Shown here: positions 19,381 through 27,601 of the stretch, piece after piece | How positions within the stretch are numbered: the first letter of the stretch is position 1 | Layout of the letters: the number at the start of each line of letters is the position of its first letter | Source: Spirochaetia bacterium | GTDB lineage: Bacteria; Spirochaetota; Spirochaetia; UBA9216 | Assembly (NCBI GenBank): GCA_965140585.1 | Contig: OZ223264.1 | Coordinates: 224,001-288,000 of the forward strand | DNA length: 64,000 nucleotides | Reading direction: 5' to 3' | Made by a program: the position numbers and the translations under genes | Notes under the pieces: model-generated | Seen by the model: only the letters and a program-made list of their open reading frames with translations | The model's database searches: none | Told to the model about the DNA's origin: nothing

Positions 19381-19541
19381 AAAGCAGAAAATTTATTACA
19401 TGGATTGTAACAACTCTACTTTGCATAATCTCAGTTTTTATAACTAAGACTATATCTCCAGAATTGATAAACTGCTATACAGTGATAACAGTTTTATATA
19501 TTGGAGGGAATACAGTTTCTAAGTATTTTGAGAAACGATAA
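19368..19541 (+). CDS. Holin, 57 aa, two TM helices
   Basis: MEKLKSRKFITWIVTTLLCIISVF...VITVLYIGGNTVSK; SRKF and Y..GN holin-type motifs; below the ORF-track cutoff. Confidence 0.8.
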   Translation: MEKLKSRKFITWIVTTLLCIISVFITKTISPELINCYTVITVLYIGGNTVSKYFEKR

Positions 19542-19544
19542 TGT

Positions 19545-19988
19545 TTAGGGTATCTCGATTGATGTTGAAGAACTTTTTATCCAATTGTCAAGTTGCTCGA
19601 TTACTGATTTAATTTCAGAGGGTTTTTTCTTCTTGATTGCACATTCCCATATTATTGCTATCCGCCAGCCTTTACTTTTTAAATTCCGAATATTTGTACT
19701 ATCTCTTTCTACATTCTCTTGTAATTTTTTTTGCCAAAATTCTGTTCTGGTTTTTGGTAGTACAAAAAGAGGGCAGTTGTGCATATGCCAAAAGCAACCG
19801 TGAACAAAAATGACTACTTTATGTTTGGTTAATACAATATCAGGTTTACCGGGTAATTTTTTTGAATGTAGAGAATATCGATATCCAGAAGCAAATAAAC
19901 CTTTTCGAATTACAAGTTCAGGTTTTGTATTTTTAGCTTTAATACCACTCATCATTTTTGAACGAGTGGCAGGCGATACAATATCCAT
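19545..19988 (-). CDS. vsr: Very short patch repair endonuclease
   Basis: DIVSPATRSKMMSGIK.KNTKPE, LPGKPD, FVHGCFWH, IWEC. Confidence 0.97.
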   Translation of the reverse strand: MDIVSPATRSKMMSGIKAKNTKPELVIRKGLFASGYRYSLHSKKLPGKPDIVLTKHKVVIFVHGCFWHMHNCPLFVLPKTRTEFWQKKLQENVERDSTNIRNLKSKGWRIAIIWECAIKKKKPSEIKSVIEQLDNWIKSSSTSIEIP

Positions 19989-21235
19989 TATTTTACAAGC
20001 ACTAAATCTTCATGCTTTTTCATTGCATTGATAACAATCGGTTTAATAACTTTAGCAACTTCAGAAAAAACAGGGACAACTACACTATTACCAAATTGCT
20101 TATATGCTCTAGTGTCGGAAACCGGAATGTCGAAACTGTCATCAAACCCCATTAATCTGGCACATTCTCTGGGCGTTAGCCGTCTTGGGTTTTTGTTTTT
20201 TTGGTGAACTAAAATTTCTGAACCATCTTTATAATATCTGGCAGATAGAGTTCTGGAAACGTCGTTTTCTTTAACAAGGCCAAATCCAAATCCATTTCCT
20301 TTTGCTCTATGTTTCTCGGCATAGTTTTGTAAATAAGCCCAAAGTTTATCTGTTAAAGTATATTTGTCATGTACCTTGTTATTTTTATGGTCAAAATATT
20401 TATCCTTATCATGTTCAAGGAAAAGTTCAGAACCATCTGTTTTGTGAAGGATGCTACCAATCTTAACTTGCCCTTTTGGTGGATAGTTTAACATATCCCA
20501 GTCAAACTCAGCTTCATTTTTGAATCCAACAATAATTATTCTTTCTCTATGTTGTGGTACCCAATGTTGTCCATCTATTATGTGGGGATAGACATTGTAT
20601 TCTAATTCTTCTCGAAGTGTTCGCATAATTACTTTAAAGGTGTTCCCTTTATCATGTGATTTTAGATTCTTCACATTTTCAAGAACGAAAGCTTCTGGTC
20701 TTTTAGCATCGATTATTCGAGCTACATCGAAGAAAAGAGTTCCTTGTGTTTCATCTTCGAAACCATGCAATCTTCCAAGAGATATTTTTTTTGACACTCC
20801 AGCTATTGAGAATGGCTGGCAAGGGAATCCTGCCAATAATACATTGTGGTCTGGAATCTCTGACACCTCAACTTTTGTTATGTCTCCGTTTAAGAGTTCA
20901 CCATCTCTATAATTTGCAGCATAGGTTTTCTGAGCATATGAATCCCATTCAGAAGTAAAGACACATTCACCACCAGCTTTTTCAAAGGCATTTCTAATCC
21001 CGCCAATTCCTGCAAATAAATCTATAAATTTGAATTCACCATTAGTCTTTTTACCGATAGTTTGTGCTGAAATCAATTTCTGTAATCTATCAACAACATA
21101 ATCTTTTGGTTCAGATTCATTTTTTAACCAACGTGTGACTGTACTTACATTTACATCAAGTTCGTCAGCAATCTCTCGTTTAGTATAATAATTTAATGCA
21201 TTAGACAGATAATCGATAGTTTTGACTGTGCTCAT
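19988..21235 (-). CDS. dcm: DNA cytosine-5 methyltransferase, Dcm/M.EcoRII-like (likely CCWGG), with N-terminal HTH
   Basis: FIDLFAGIGG, AGFPCQPFS, LENVKNL, QHRER, KGNGFGFG, RTLSARYYKDGSEIL, KQFGNSV. Confidence 0.95.
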   Translation of the reverse strand: MSTVKTIDYLSNALNYYTKREIADELDVNVSTVTRWLKNESEPKDYVVDRLQKLISAQTIGKKTNGEFKFIDLFAGIGGIRNAFEKAGGECVFTSEWDSYAQKTYAANYRDGELLNGDITKVEVSEIPDHNVLLAGFPCQPFSIAGVSKKISLGRLHGFEDETQGTLFFDVARIIDAKRPEAFVLENVKNLKSHDKGNTFKVIMRTLREELEYNVYPHIIDGQHWVPQHRERIIIVGFKNEAEFDWDMLNYPPKGQVKIGSILHKTDGSELFLEHDKDKYFDHKNNKVHDKYTLTDKLWAYLQNYAEKHRAKGNGFGFGLVKENDVSRTLSARYYKDGSEILVHQKNKNPRRLTPRECARLMGFDDSFDIPVSDTRAYKQFGNSVVVPVFSEVAKVIKPIVINAMKKHEDLVLVK

Positions 21236-21246
21236 GAAATCCCCTC

Positions 21247-21286
21247 CCTGGGAACATATATTGCATTATGCACTATTTATTCCCAG
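21247..21286 (-). promoter_or_regulatory. Inverted-repeat operator upstream of dcm containing a CCWGG site
   Basis: ctgggaa...ttcccag arms enclosing tgcat-t-atgca; CCTGG at 21247-21251 next to the SD. Confidence 0.5.
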
Positions 21287-21355
21287 ATGAACAGGTTTAT
21301 TTTGAGTTAATTCCTCAGAAATGTCAATTATTATAAAGATTATATATGAATGGAC

Positions 21356-22546
21356 TTATTTCTGCTTTCTATCCCTTAATCTTTCTGTTCTTGAATATAG
21401 TTGAATGAGTTTTTCTTCTTTAACCCTAAAGCAGGTTCCATGATTTCGTTTAGTATGCATCCTAATTTCCATCATAACATCTCCTGATTCAATAAGCTGG
21501 ATAAACTCCTTTATTGAGGGGCCTGAATAATAGGTTAGCTCTACATAATGAAATTCTTCATTCTTATCTTTACCTCTATTTTCGGCACCGATATACGCAC
21601 TTTCTGTAAGCTTTTCATTTAGTCTAAATTGAATGGTCGTAAAATCATATTTTCCTATAGGAGTGTTATTAAAACATAGATATACGTTTTCAGTTTCATT
21701 ATCTACAGAAAGACTTAGATTGTGGGTATTAATGTTAATGGTCGGTGTTGAATACAACGCTTGACGTTGGTTTTCAGCATCAAAATAACCATACCTCTCA
21801 AGTCTCTCATTTTGATTTTTGGAGCCATCAATCCATTCCGGTTCTTTGAGAAATAAATTCATTTTTTCTTTAGATTGATTTTGTTTTAACCTGAAGCATT
21901 TCAGCTCAATACCCTTGAAGTCTGGTCCTGAAGAATTATTCTCTTCTATACCCATTAAAGATTCAAATGTGTATCCTACTCCTGTACTTCCAGAACGAAG
22001 TGTTTTGACATAACCCATTTCTTTAATTTTATCAAATTCCTCTAACAGTATATCGATGCCATTATTTCGCTGTACTGGTTGAATTGATAAGTGCCAATCT
22101 AAATCTAAAAAGAAAGAACCTTGTAAATTTGATAAATTTAGTTCAGAAAGTAATTCGGAATAGTAGATATGGTCAGGCTCAAGAATATGGATTTCATAAG
22201 TTCTTTTATAATCTTTTCTTCTTCCTACAATTATAAGAGTATGTTCAGGTACAGAATTGACTGATGTCTTTAGGCGCGTTATTCGTCTCTCAGGATACCG
22301 ATGGTAATGTTTATAATTACCATCCTTAACTTCAATTGTTCCTGTGTCATTCCAAAGATAGCTAATTTGTTCTGTATAATTTATTGATACATTCGGGATA
22401 AAGTTGGTAATTGCAGGAAAAAGTCTATATGCTTCAACCGGGATAAGAACGCCATGTCTACCAGAATCATCATTTTTAGTTAATATCTTACAGAGGATAC
22501 CATCTACATTTTCATAATTGATAAGAATTTTTGATAATACAGACAT
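21356..22546 (-). CDS. MvaI/BcnI-family restriction endonuclease with EcoRII-N-like N-terminal domain
   Basis: GSTGVGYTFESLMGIEENN..GPDFKGIELK, RNHGTCFR; N-terminal KILTKNDD..HGVLIP. Confidence 0.85.
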   Translation of the reverse strand: MSVLSKILINYENVDGILCKILTKNDDSGRHGVLIPVEAYRLFPAITNFIPNVSINYTEQISYLWNDTGTIEVKDGNYKHYHRYPERRITRLKTSVNSVPEHTLIIVGRRKDYKRTYEIHILEPDHIYYSELLSELNLSNLQGSFFLDLDWHLSIQPVQRNNGIDILLEEFDKIKEMGYVKTLRSGSTGVGYTFESLMGIEENNSSGPDFKGIELKCFRLKQNQSKEKMNLFLKEPEWIDGSKNQNERLERYGYFDAENQRQALYSTPTININTHNLSLSVDNETENVYLCFNNTPIGKYDFTTIQFRLNEKLTESAYIGAENRGKDKNEEFHYVELTYYSGPSIKEFIQLIESGDVMMEIRMHTKRNHGTCFRVKEEKLIQLYSRTERLRDRKQK

Positions 22547-22620
22547 AATAAGTCAGTTTAGATGCAATCTGATTCCATGTCATGCAAAAAAATCAATTTT
22601 GTTAACTCTTCAGAACTGTC

Positions 22621-22642
22621 TATTGAGCCAATTGGCTCAATA
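22621..22642. repeat. Perfect 22-bp palindrome; its 14-bp core recurs at 23297-23310
   Basis: tattgagccaa|ttggctcaata. Confidence 0.8.
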
Positions 22643-22739
22643 TATCTATAAAAGCGCTCCCCGGTATAAAAAGGGCCGTGTACATCCCAAATTCCACCCA
22701 GTACTATGCTTCCAAGATTAACTCAAGGAGGTACAAACT

Positions 22740-23069
22740 ATCGAAGATTGGGAAGTTGTCTTCTCATATTCAAGAGAAGATGCAAAGCGTGATGGGGTAT
22801 TAAAAGACGTAACTTACATTGCTAAAGAGTGTGGGTTCAAGCTTGATACTGTCATTACAGAGACCTTGTGGCACCTCATAGAAGGTGAAGAAGGTGTAAG
22901 GCCATTACTTTTTGATTTGTTGCTGAGAATCAAGATGGCAAAGAAAGACAGTTCTATTCTTGTTTATGATTACAAGTGTAGAAAAGGCATGATTAAGGTC
23001 AGGTCAGAAGTCGGACCTGGCGATGATGCGTATCCGGTTCTAACAATCGGAACAATTTATGATTTCTAA
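22740..23069 (+). CDS. DUF6573-like mobile-element protein with ATC start (or decayed start)
   Basis: AAGGAGG 8 nt before ATC; FSYSREDAKRDGVLKDVT..AKECGF...GPGDDAYPVLTI. Confidence 0.65.
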   Translation: MEDWEVVFSYSREDAKRDGVLKDVTYIAKECGFKLDTVITETLWHLIEGEEGVRPLLFDLLLRIKMAKKDSSILVYDYKCRKGMIKVRSEVGPGDDAYPVLTIGTIYDF

Positions 23070-23077
23070 GGAGTGAA

Positions 23078-23290
23078 ATGATGAGTGTAATGACTAAATT
23101 GATTGAAGTAGAAGCAATGGAAGAAAACGATGTTTATTCTCAGTTTAAGACTGGTAAGAATAATGTAAAGAAGGTGCTAAAAGTCCTGCTATTTGATGAG
23201 TTGAAAGATGAAATGGAGAAAGAAGATAAGCCAATTAGGCAACGTAAGCCTCAAAAGAAAGAAAAGCCGGTTGAGCCGGAAAGAACTTAA
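23078..23290 (+). CDS. Small hypothetical protein
   Basis: AAGGAG SD; followed by a terminator. Confidence 0.6.
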   Translation: MMSVMTKLIEVEAMEENDVYSQFKTGKNNVKKVLKVLLFDELKDEMEKEDKPIRQRKPQKKEKPVEPERT

Positions 23291-23293
23291 ATT

Positions 23294-23319
23294 AAGGAGC
23301 CAATTGGCTCCTTTTTTTT
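23294..23319 (+). terminator. Palindrome + T tract (rho-independent terminator-like)
   Basis: aaggagccaattggctcc followed by T8. Confidence 0.7.
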
Positions 23320-23385
23320 AGGAAAATTTATTGGTCAGTGGCTTTTAGAGGGTGTAATATAGAATAAACTAAAAAAGGATAAAAG

Positions 23386-24006
23386 ATGAAAAAGTCGATT
23401 TTTATTACAATTACGATTCTTACAATAATACAGTTAATTTTCTCCTGTGATAATTTGGCAGGAGTTAACCCTGAAGATATAACTTCAGATGGATCAGATT
23501 CTACTTCAGACGATGGAAGTGATAGTTCAGAAAGTGAAGTAATTGCAAAGAGCATGAAAGCATATGATGCAAACGGTTCTTTTTTAGGTTATTGTACTTA
23601 TGCTTCAGGTTACTTTTTATTTATGTATTCTCAGAATGGATATTTTTACAGTATAAATTGGGATGGTTCGTTCACAGACGGAGGATTGTATTACACAGGG
23701 CAAAATCTAACAGGCACTGCTTTTTATGCGTACTTAGATTCTTATGCCATTAAAGCAAAAACTGTTTTTTCTGTTAATAATGTTTTGTATACCTATGTAG
23801 ATTCAAATAGTGATAGTTTGGCAGATATAAATGCTTCAATCACACAGTATCAAAGTGTTTACAGTGGTGGAACTACAACTAACTATGAAACACCTTATGA
23901 ATTAAGCACATTTGGCTATTCTGCCTTTTCTGTGCAAACAATAACCAAATCCACAGCAGGAATACCGAGTAGCATTACTACTCCTATTTCCTTAGTAAGT
24001 GAGTAG
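23386..24006 (+). CDS. Surface lipoprotein (moron) with Ser/Asp linker and beta-rich domain
   Basis: MKKS...LIFSC spirochaetal-type lipobox; SDGSDSTSDDGSDSS linker. Confidence 0.8.
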   Translation: MKKSIFITITILTIIQLIFSCDNLAGVNPEDITSDGSDSTSDDGSDSSESEVIAKSMKAYDANGSFLGYCTYASGYFLFMYSQNGYFYSINWDGSFTDGGLYYTGQNLTGTAFYAYLDSYAIKAKTVFSVNNVLYTYVDSNSDSLADINASITQYQSVYSGGTTTNYETPYELSTFGYSAFSVQTITKSTAGIPSSITTPISLVSE

Positions 24007-24020
24007 AGCTTTAATAGATA

Positions 24021-24613
24021 ATGGAGCAGGAAATTGAGAATAATGAATTAGTAGAATATTTTAATAGTAAACTTATAAGGGGTCAGTATTCTAAATTATT
24101 TTTAGAACAGATAATAAAAATTGATTCAAACGAACCATTAGTTTTAGGAGCAACTGATTTCTCTGAGTTCCGGCTTTTTAATATTACTGAAACAATATTA
24201 GAGTTAGAAGGTGTGAACAGAACATCAACAAAGAAAGAAAAACAAATGAGAGGGATATTGTCTCAATATTATCATAAGCATATTGAATATTGGTATTCGA
24301 TAGATGAAATATTTAATAAGACTATTGCTAATGAAAACCTGATAAATGAAGCAATTAAGAAGGCGATTAAATATAAGAAAGATAATAATCGAAAAGAAGA
24401 AGTTGTGCAATTGTTACCACATTTTTTAGTAACTGATAGAATTTCTGAAGTATACAAAAATAGAAAAGTAACAGGGGAGTGGTTGGTGTACTATAAACAT
24501 GAATTAGGTAATATATATATCTTACTTTAGCTTCACATGCGGAAGATTATAAAGAAATATTAAAAAGAATTAATAGTTGTGCCATAGAAATGGAAATGAT
24601 TTCAACTTTTTAA
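24021..24613 (+). pseudogene. RelE/YafQ-like ribonuclease-type protein frameshifted at an (AT)5 tract
   Basis: LEG..TK...YHKH...TGEWLVY; stops at 24530, but removing one AT at 24511-24520 gives GNIYLTLASHAEDY... to TAA 24613. Confidence 0.55.
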
Positions 24614-24902
24614 AGAACTCAGTCCATGCATCCTTAACATTGTTTGACTCATCGTCGGGTATATTACTGTGAAAGAGTTCAATAGTCTGGTCACGAACAG
24701 AGTATACTACAATTGAAGGCTGGTCCCATTCTTTAACATTGAAAGCTGAGACTAAAGTTTTGCCAGGTCTTTCAGTTATTGCTTTGATTGTAATGCTGAG
24801 AGGAAAGTTCTTTTTTACAAACTTGTCATCAGTAAGATTTGCATATAGCTCTTTCATGTTGCTTTTAGGGAATTTACCGATTACTTTGATGGTTTTAGCC
24901 AT
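24570..24902 (-). CDS. Hypothetical protein
   Basis: 110-aa ORF with GGAG SD. Confidence 0.55.
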   Translation of the reverse strand: MAKTIKVIGKFPKSNMKELYANLTDDKFVKKNFPLSITIKAITERPGKTLVSAFNVKEWDQPSIVVYSVRDQTIELFHSNIPDDESNNVKDAWTEFFKKLKSFPFLWHNY

Positions 24903-25030
24903 AAGAGATACTCCGAATTATTGTTTGTTTATTAGTATAACACGGTAGGAAAACACTGTTAAGACGAAAAAAGTAGTGTGGATGTCTAAATAAGTGTAAT
25001 ATAGTTATATCCGATGGAGCTGTATTTAAA

Positions 25031-25851
25031 ATGAAAAAAATTCCGATAAACGATCAAATTGCGTATTCTATTTCGAACTTAGTTGATGACTCTCAAGTAG
25101 GACGTAGAGACCCAAGCCATTATGAAATAGAAACGTTGATTAACGAGTGCGCATTATCAAAATATGATCCAAACCAAATCGGGAAAGGCCCTGTTGGGAA
25201 GATGAAACGTATTCGTCATGTACTAATAGGTTCATTAGAAGAAGAAACAGAAAAAGCCGAGGCTTTTGCTTATGGAATTATAAGCTTAATACGTTCTTCT
25301 GGTGGATTCCGAGAATTATCTCCCAATTTTATTGGATGGGAGAATATCCATAATTTGCAAACGGTTTTAAAAGATGAAGGTATTTTGTTGGGTGATGATG
25401 GTACCTTAAGTTATAAGATTTTAGATGATTTATCAAATTCAGAGAAGACCGATGTTTTATATTCATATATTAAAAGAGCCAGGAAAGGTAGTGAAGATGC
25501 TGCTCTGATTGTGGGAACTAGTAAAGATTTGATTGAAGCAGTATCAGCTCATGTGATTTTTTAAAATGTGGAACATATCCTACAACTGCAAATTTCCCAA
25601 CATTACTGGGACAGGCATTTGTTATGTTGGGCATGGCTACCTCTTATGATGAGGAAAAGAAAGATGAACATCCAAGAAAAACGATTGAACGAAACATGTA
25701 TGATTTAGCTTGTTCTATTAATAAATTACGGAATAAACAAGGAACTGGTCACGGTAGACCTTTTCTTCCAGATTTGTCAAAGACAGAGGCTATTGAAGCT
25801 GTACAAGTTATGGGGATTATTGCAGAGAAGATGTTAAATTGTTTGAGTTGA
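25031..25851 (+). pseudogene. Abortive-infection C-terminal (Abi_C, HEPN-like) domain protein split by a frameshift at T6
   Basis: GTSKDLIEAV before the break and LRNKQGTGHGR after it; -1 shift at 25557-25562 joins the two ORFs. Confidence 0.8.
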
Positions 25852-25892
25852 GAAGATTGTGATATTGAACTAAGTGCTTATTTATTGGGGGT

Positions 25893-26375
25893 ATGTTGAA
25901 AAAACAAAAGTTTTCAAAAGCTGAAATTTCTGAACTTGTTATGTATAAGCTCACAGAAGGGGCAGATTTTATTGTTGAGAAGTTATTAGAAATTAATGAG
26001 AAATACCAAATTAGTGAAGATGATAATCAAACTCTTTCAGCTGTGCTGGCTTTTGTTTTTTTCTGTTATGATTTTTCCTTCTTCTCGGTCTATCAAGATT
26101 CTCAAGAATCAATAGATATTAGAGCTCAAATCAAAGAAAATATGCTCAAATTTCCCATGATTTCTCAAGAAAAATTAGAGTGGTATGTTAGAAATCATGG
26201 ACACCTTTTAAGGAAACATAAAAATCATACAAATAGCGATTGGATAGTTGAATTAGTTTCTGTAACTTTTAATTGGCGGGACGATAATGTTTCAGGACTT
26301 TTTCTTTTAGTTTTCTTGCAGACCTATGAATTCGTTGAAGAAATATCAAAAAAAATTAAAATAGTTCTAAGATAA
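25893..26375 (+). CDS. Hypothetical helical protein
   Basis: 160-aa ORF with GGGGG SD. Confidence 0.6.
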   Translation: MLKKQKFSKAEISELVMYKLTEGADFIVEKLLEINEKYQISEDDNQTLSAVLAFVFFCYDFSFFSVYQDSQESIDIRAQIKENMLKFPMISQEKLEWYVRNHGHLLRKHKNHTNSDWIVELVSVTFNWRDDNVSGLFLLVFLQTYEFVEEISKKIKIVLR

Positions 26376-26408
26376 TATACCTGATGCCGAGGTAAAGTAG
26401 TGACGTGA

Positions 26409-26442
26409 GTGGATTGGGCCAAGAGGCTCAGTTAAGAAATGT
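26409..26442 (+). repeat. Degenerate copy of the core of the 92-bp cargo repeat
   Basis: gtggattgggccaagaggctcagtt vs gtgaattgggacaggtgactcagtt (20/25 by manual alignment). Confidence 0.45.
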
Positions 26443-26471
26443 ATGATTATTTATATTGTACTATAAAAATT

Positions 26472-26488
26472 GCCGTCATAATGACGGC
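26472..26488. terminator. Hairpin between convergent genes
   Basis: gccgtcat-a-atgacggc. Confidence 0.5.
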
Positions 26489-26506
26489 TAGAATATCTAT
26501 TTCTAT

Positions 26507-27601
26507 TTATTGCAAAGACATTAATTCCTCAAGAATTATTTTACTAAAATCTGGTGGAAGTCTACTTGAATGTATCATGTATTCTGTAAATAGAAATGCA
26601 AATTTTGTTGCTTGTCTATTAGTTTTTGTAAATAACTTTAAACACTTTCTTTCTTTATCATTTGATAGAATTGACCAAGCTAATTCACGGAGTATTAATG
26701 GCGAGCTATTAATTTCAAATGGAGCCTCTAATGCATGTCTGATTAATTCGATGAATTTCCCCCAATGTGGCAATGATAATTGTTCACCTAAATCAGAACT
26801 TGGTCTTGCATTTTTTAATGCCTCTTCGTAAAGATTATTCTTATATTCATAGGTTTCCCGTCCGCCATATAGTAACATTAACAATGCATCAGAAAGATCT
26901 TCTTTTTTGTCTGGATGAAGATAAAGAGAAAAAATTTTATTAACAATCTCTGCTATAGAAATGAGAAATAAACTAGAATAATCTAATACCAAAGAGAGAT
27001 GCTCTTCTTTTTTAGGATCTAATTCTGGTGCGTTTTTTCTTAATAGAATGAGAGATTTACGACATGATTCCCCAGCATCTTTTATCATCCAAAAACTCGA
27101 ACGAGAGAAACTAATTAATTCGGATAATGTTGGATATTTTTTTCCAATATCAAAATATTTTTCCCATAAATCAATTTTACCTAAATTTGCGTCTGTCAAG
27201 GTTAAAGCTTTTTGTGAAGTCGCATCACAGAATACCTTAAAATCATGCTCGGTCAATAAAGTAACACCTATTTGACCAGCTGAGATGCGATGATCTTTCT
27301 CGATGTTGTCTTTTCGCAAGATGCAAATGCCCATCTCGGCAGACATGTATTTCATTATTCCATTTAACCATAAAGCTCTGTTAATTGGACTTTGCCCCTT
27401 TAAAGTTTTGCAATCAATTATAATTTTTTTATAGCTGATGAAATCACATGGAATATATGCTAGAACGTCCAAGTCGGTAATTTTAATATTTTTATTCTGT
27501 ATGTCTAGGGGACTACAGACATCTACCTCAAGTTGGGGGACCCAACCTTTTGATACAGCATACTTCAATGCTCTTTGTTTTTGTTCACGGTCTTGCATCA
27601 T
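26507..27601 (-). CDS. PD-(D/E)xK nuclease domain + helical C-terminal domain (candidate defence effector)
   Basis: REQK...ITDLDVLAY...IIIDCKT restriction-endonuclease-like motif order. Confidence 0.7.
   Translation of the reverse strand: MMQDREQKQRALKYAVSKGWVPQLEVDVCSPLDIQNKNIKITDLDVLAYIPCDFISYKKIIIDCKTLKGQSPINRALWLNGIMKYMSAEMGICILRKDNIEKDHRISAGQIGVTLLTEHDFKVFCDATSQKALTLTDANLGKIDLWEKYFDIGKKYPTLSELISFSRSSFWMIKDAGESCRKSLILLRKNAPELDPKKEEHLSLVLDYSSLFLISIAEIVNKIFSLYLHPDKKEDLSDALLMLLYGGRETYEYKNNLYEEALKNARPSSDLGEQLSLPHWGKFIELIRHALEAPFEINSSPLILRELAWSILSNDKERKCLKLFTKTNRQATKFAFLFTEYMIHSSRLPPDFSKIILEELMSLQ

Noticed and set aside
26439-26831. 130-aa plus-strand ORF
   Set aside because: Antisense shadow of the nuclease gene, with no SD or recognisable motif
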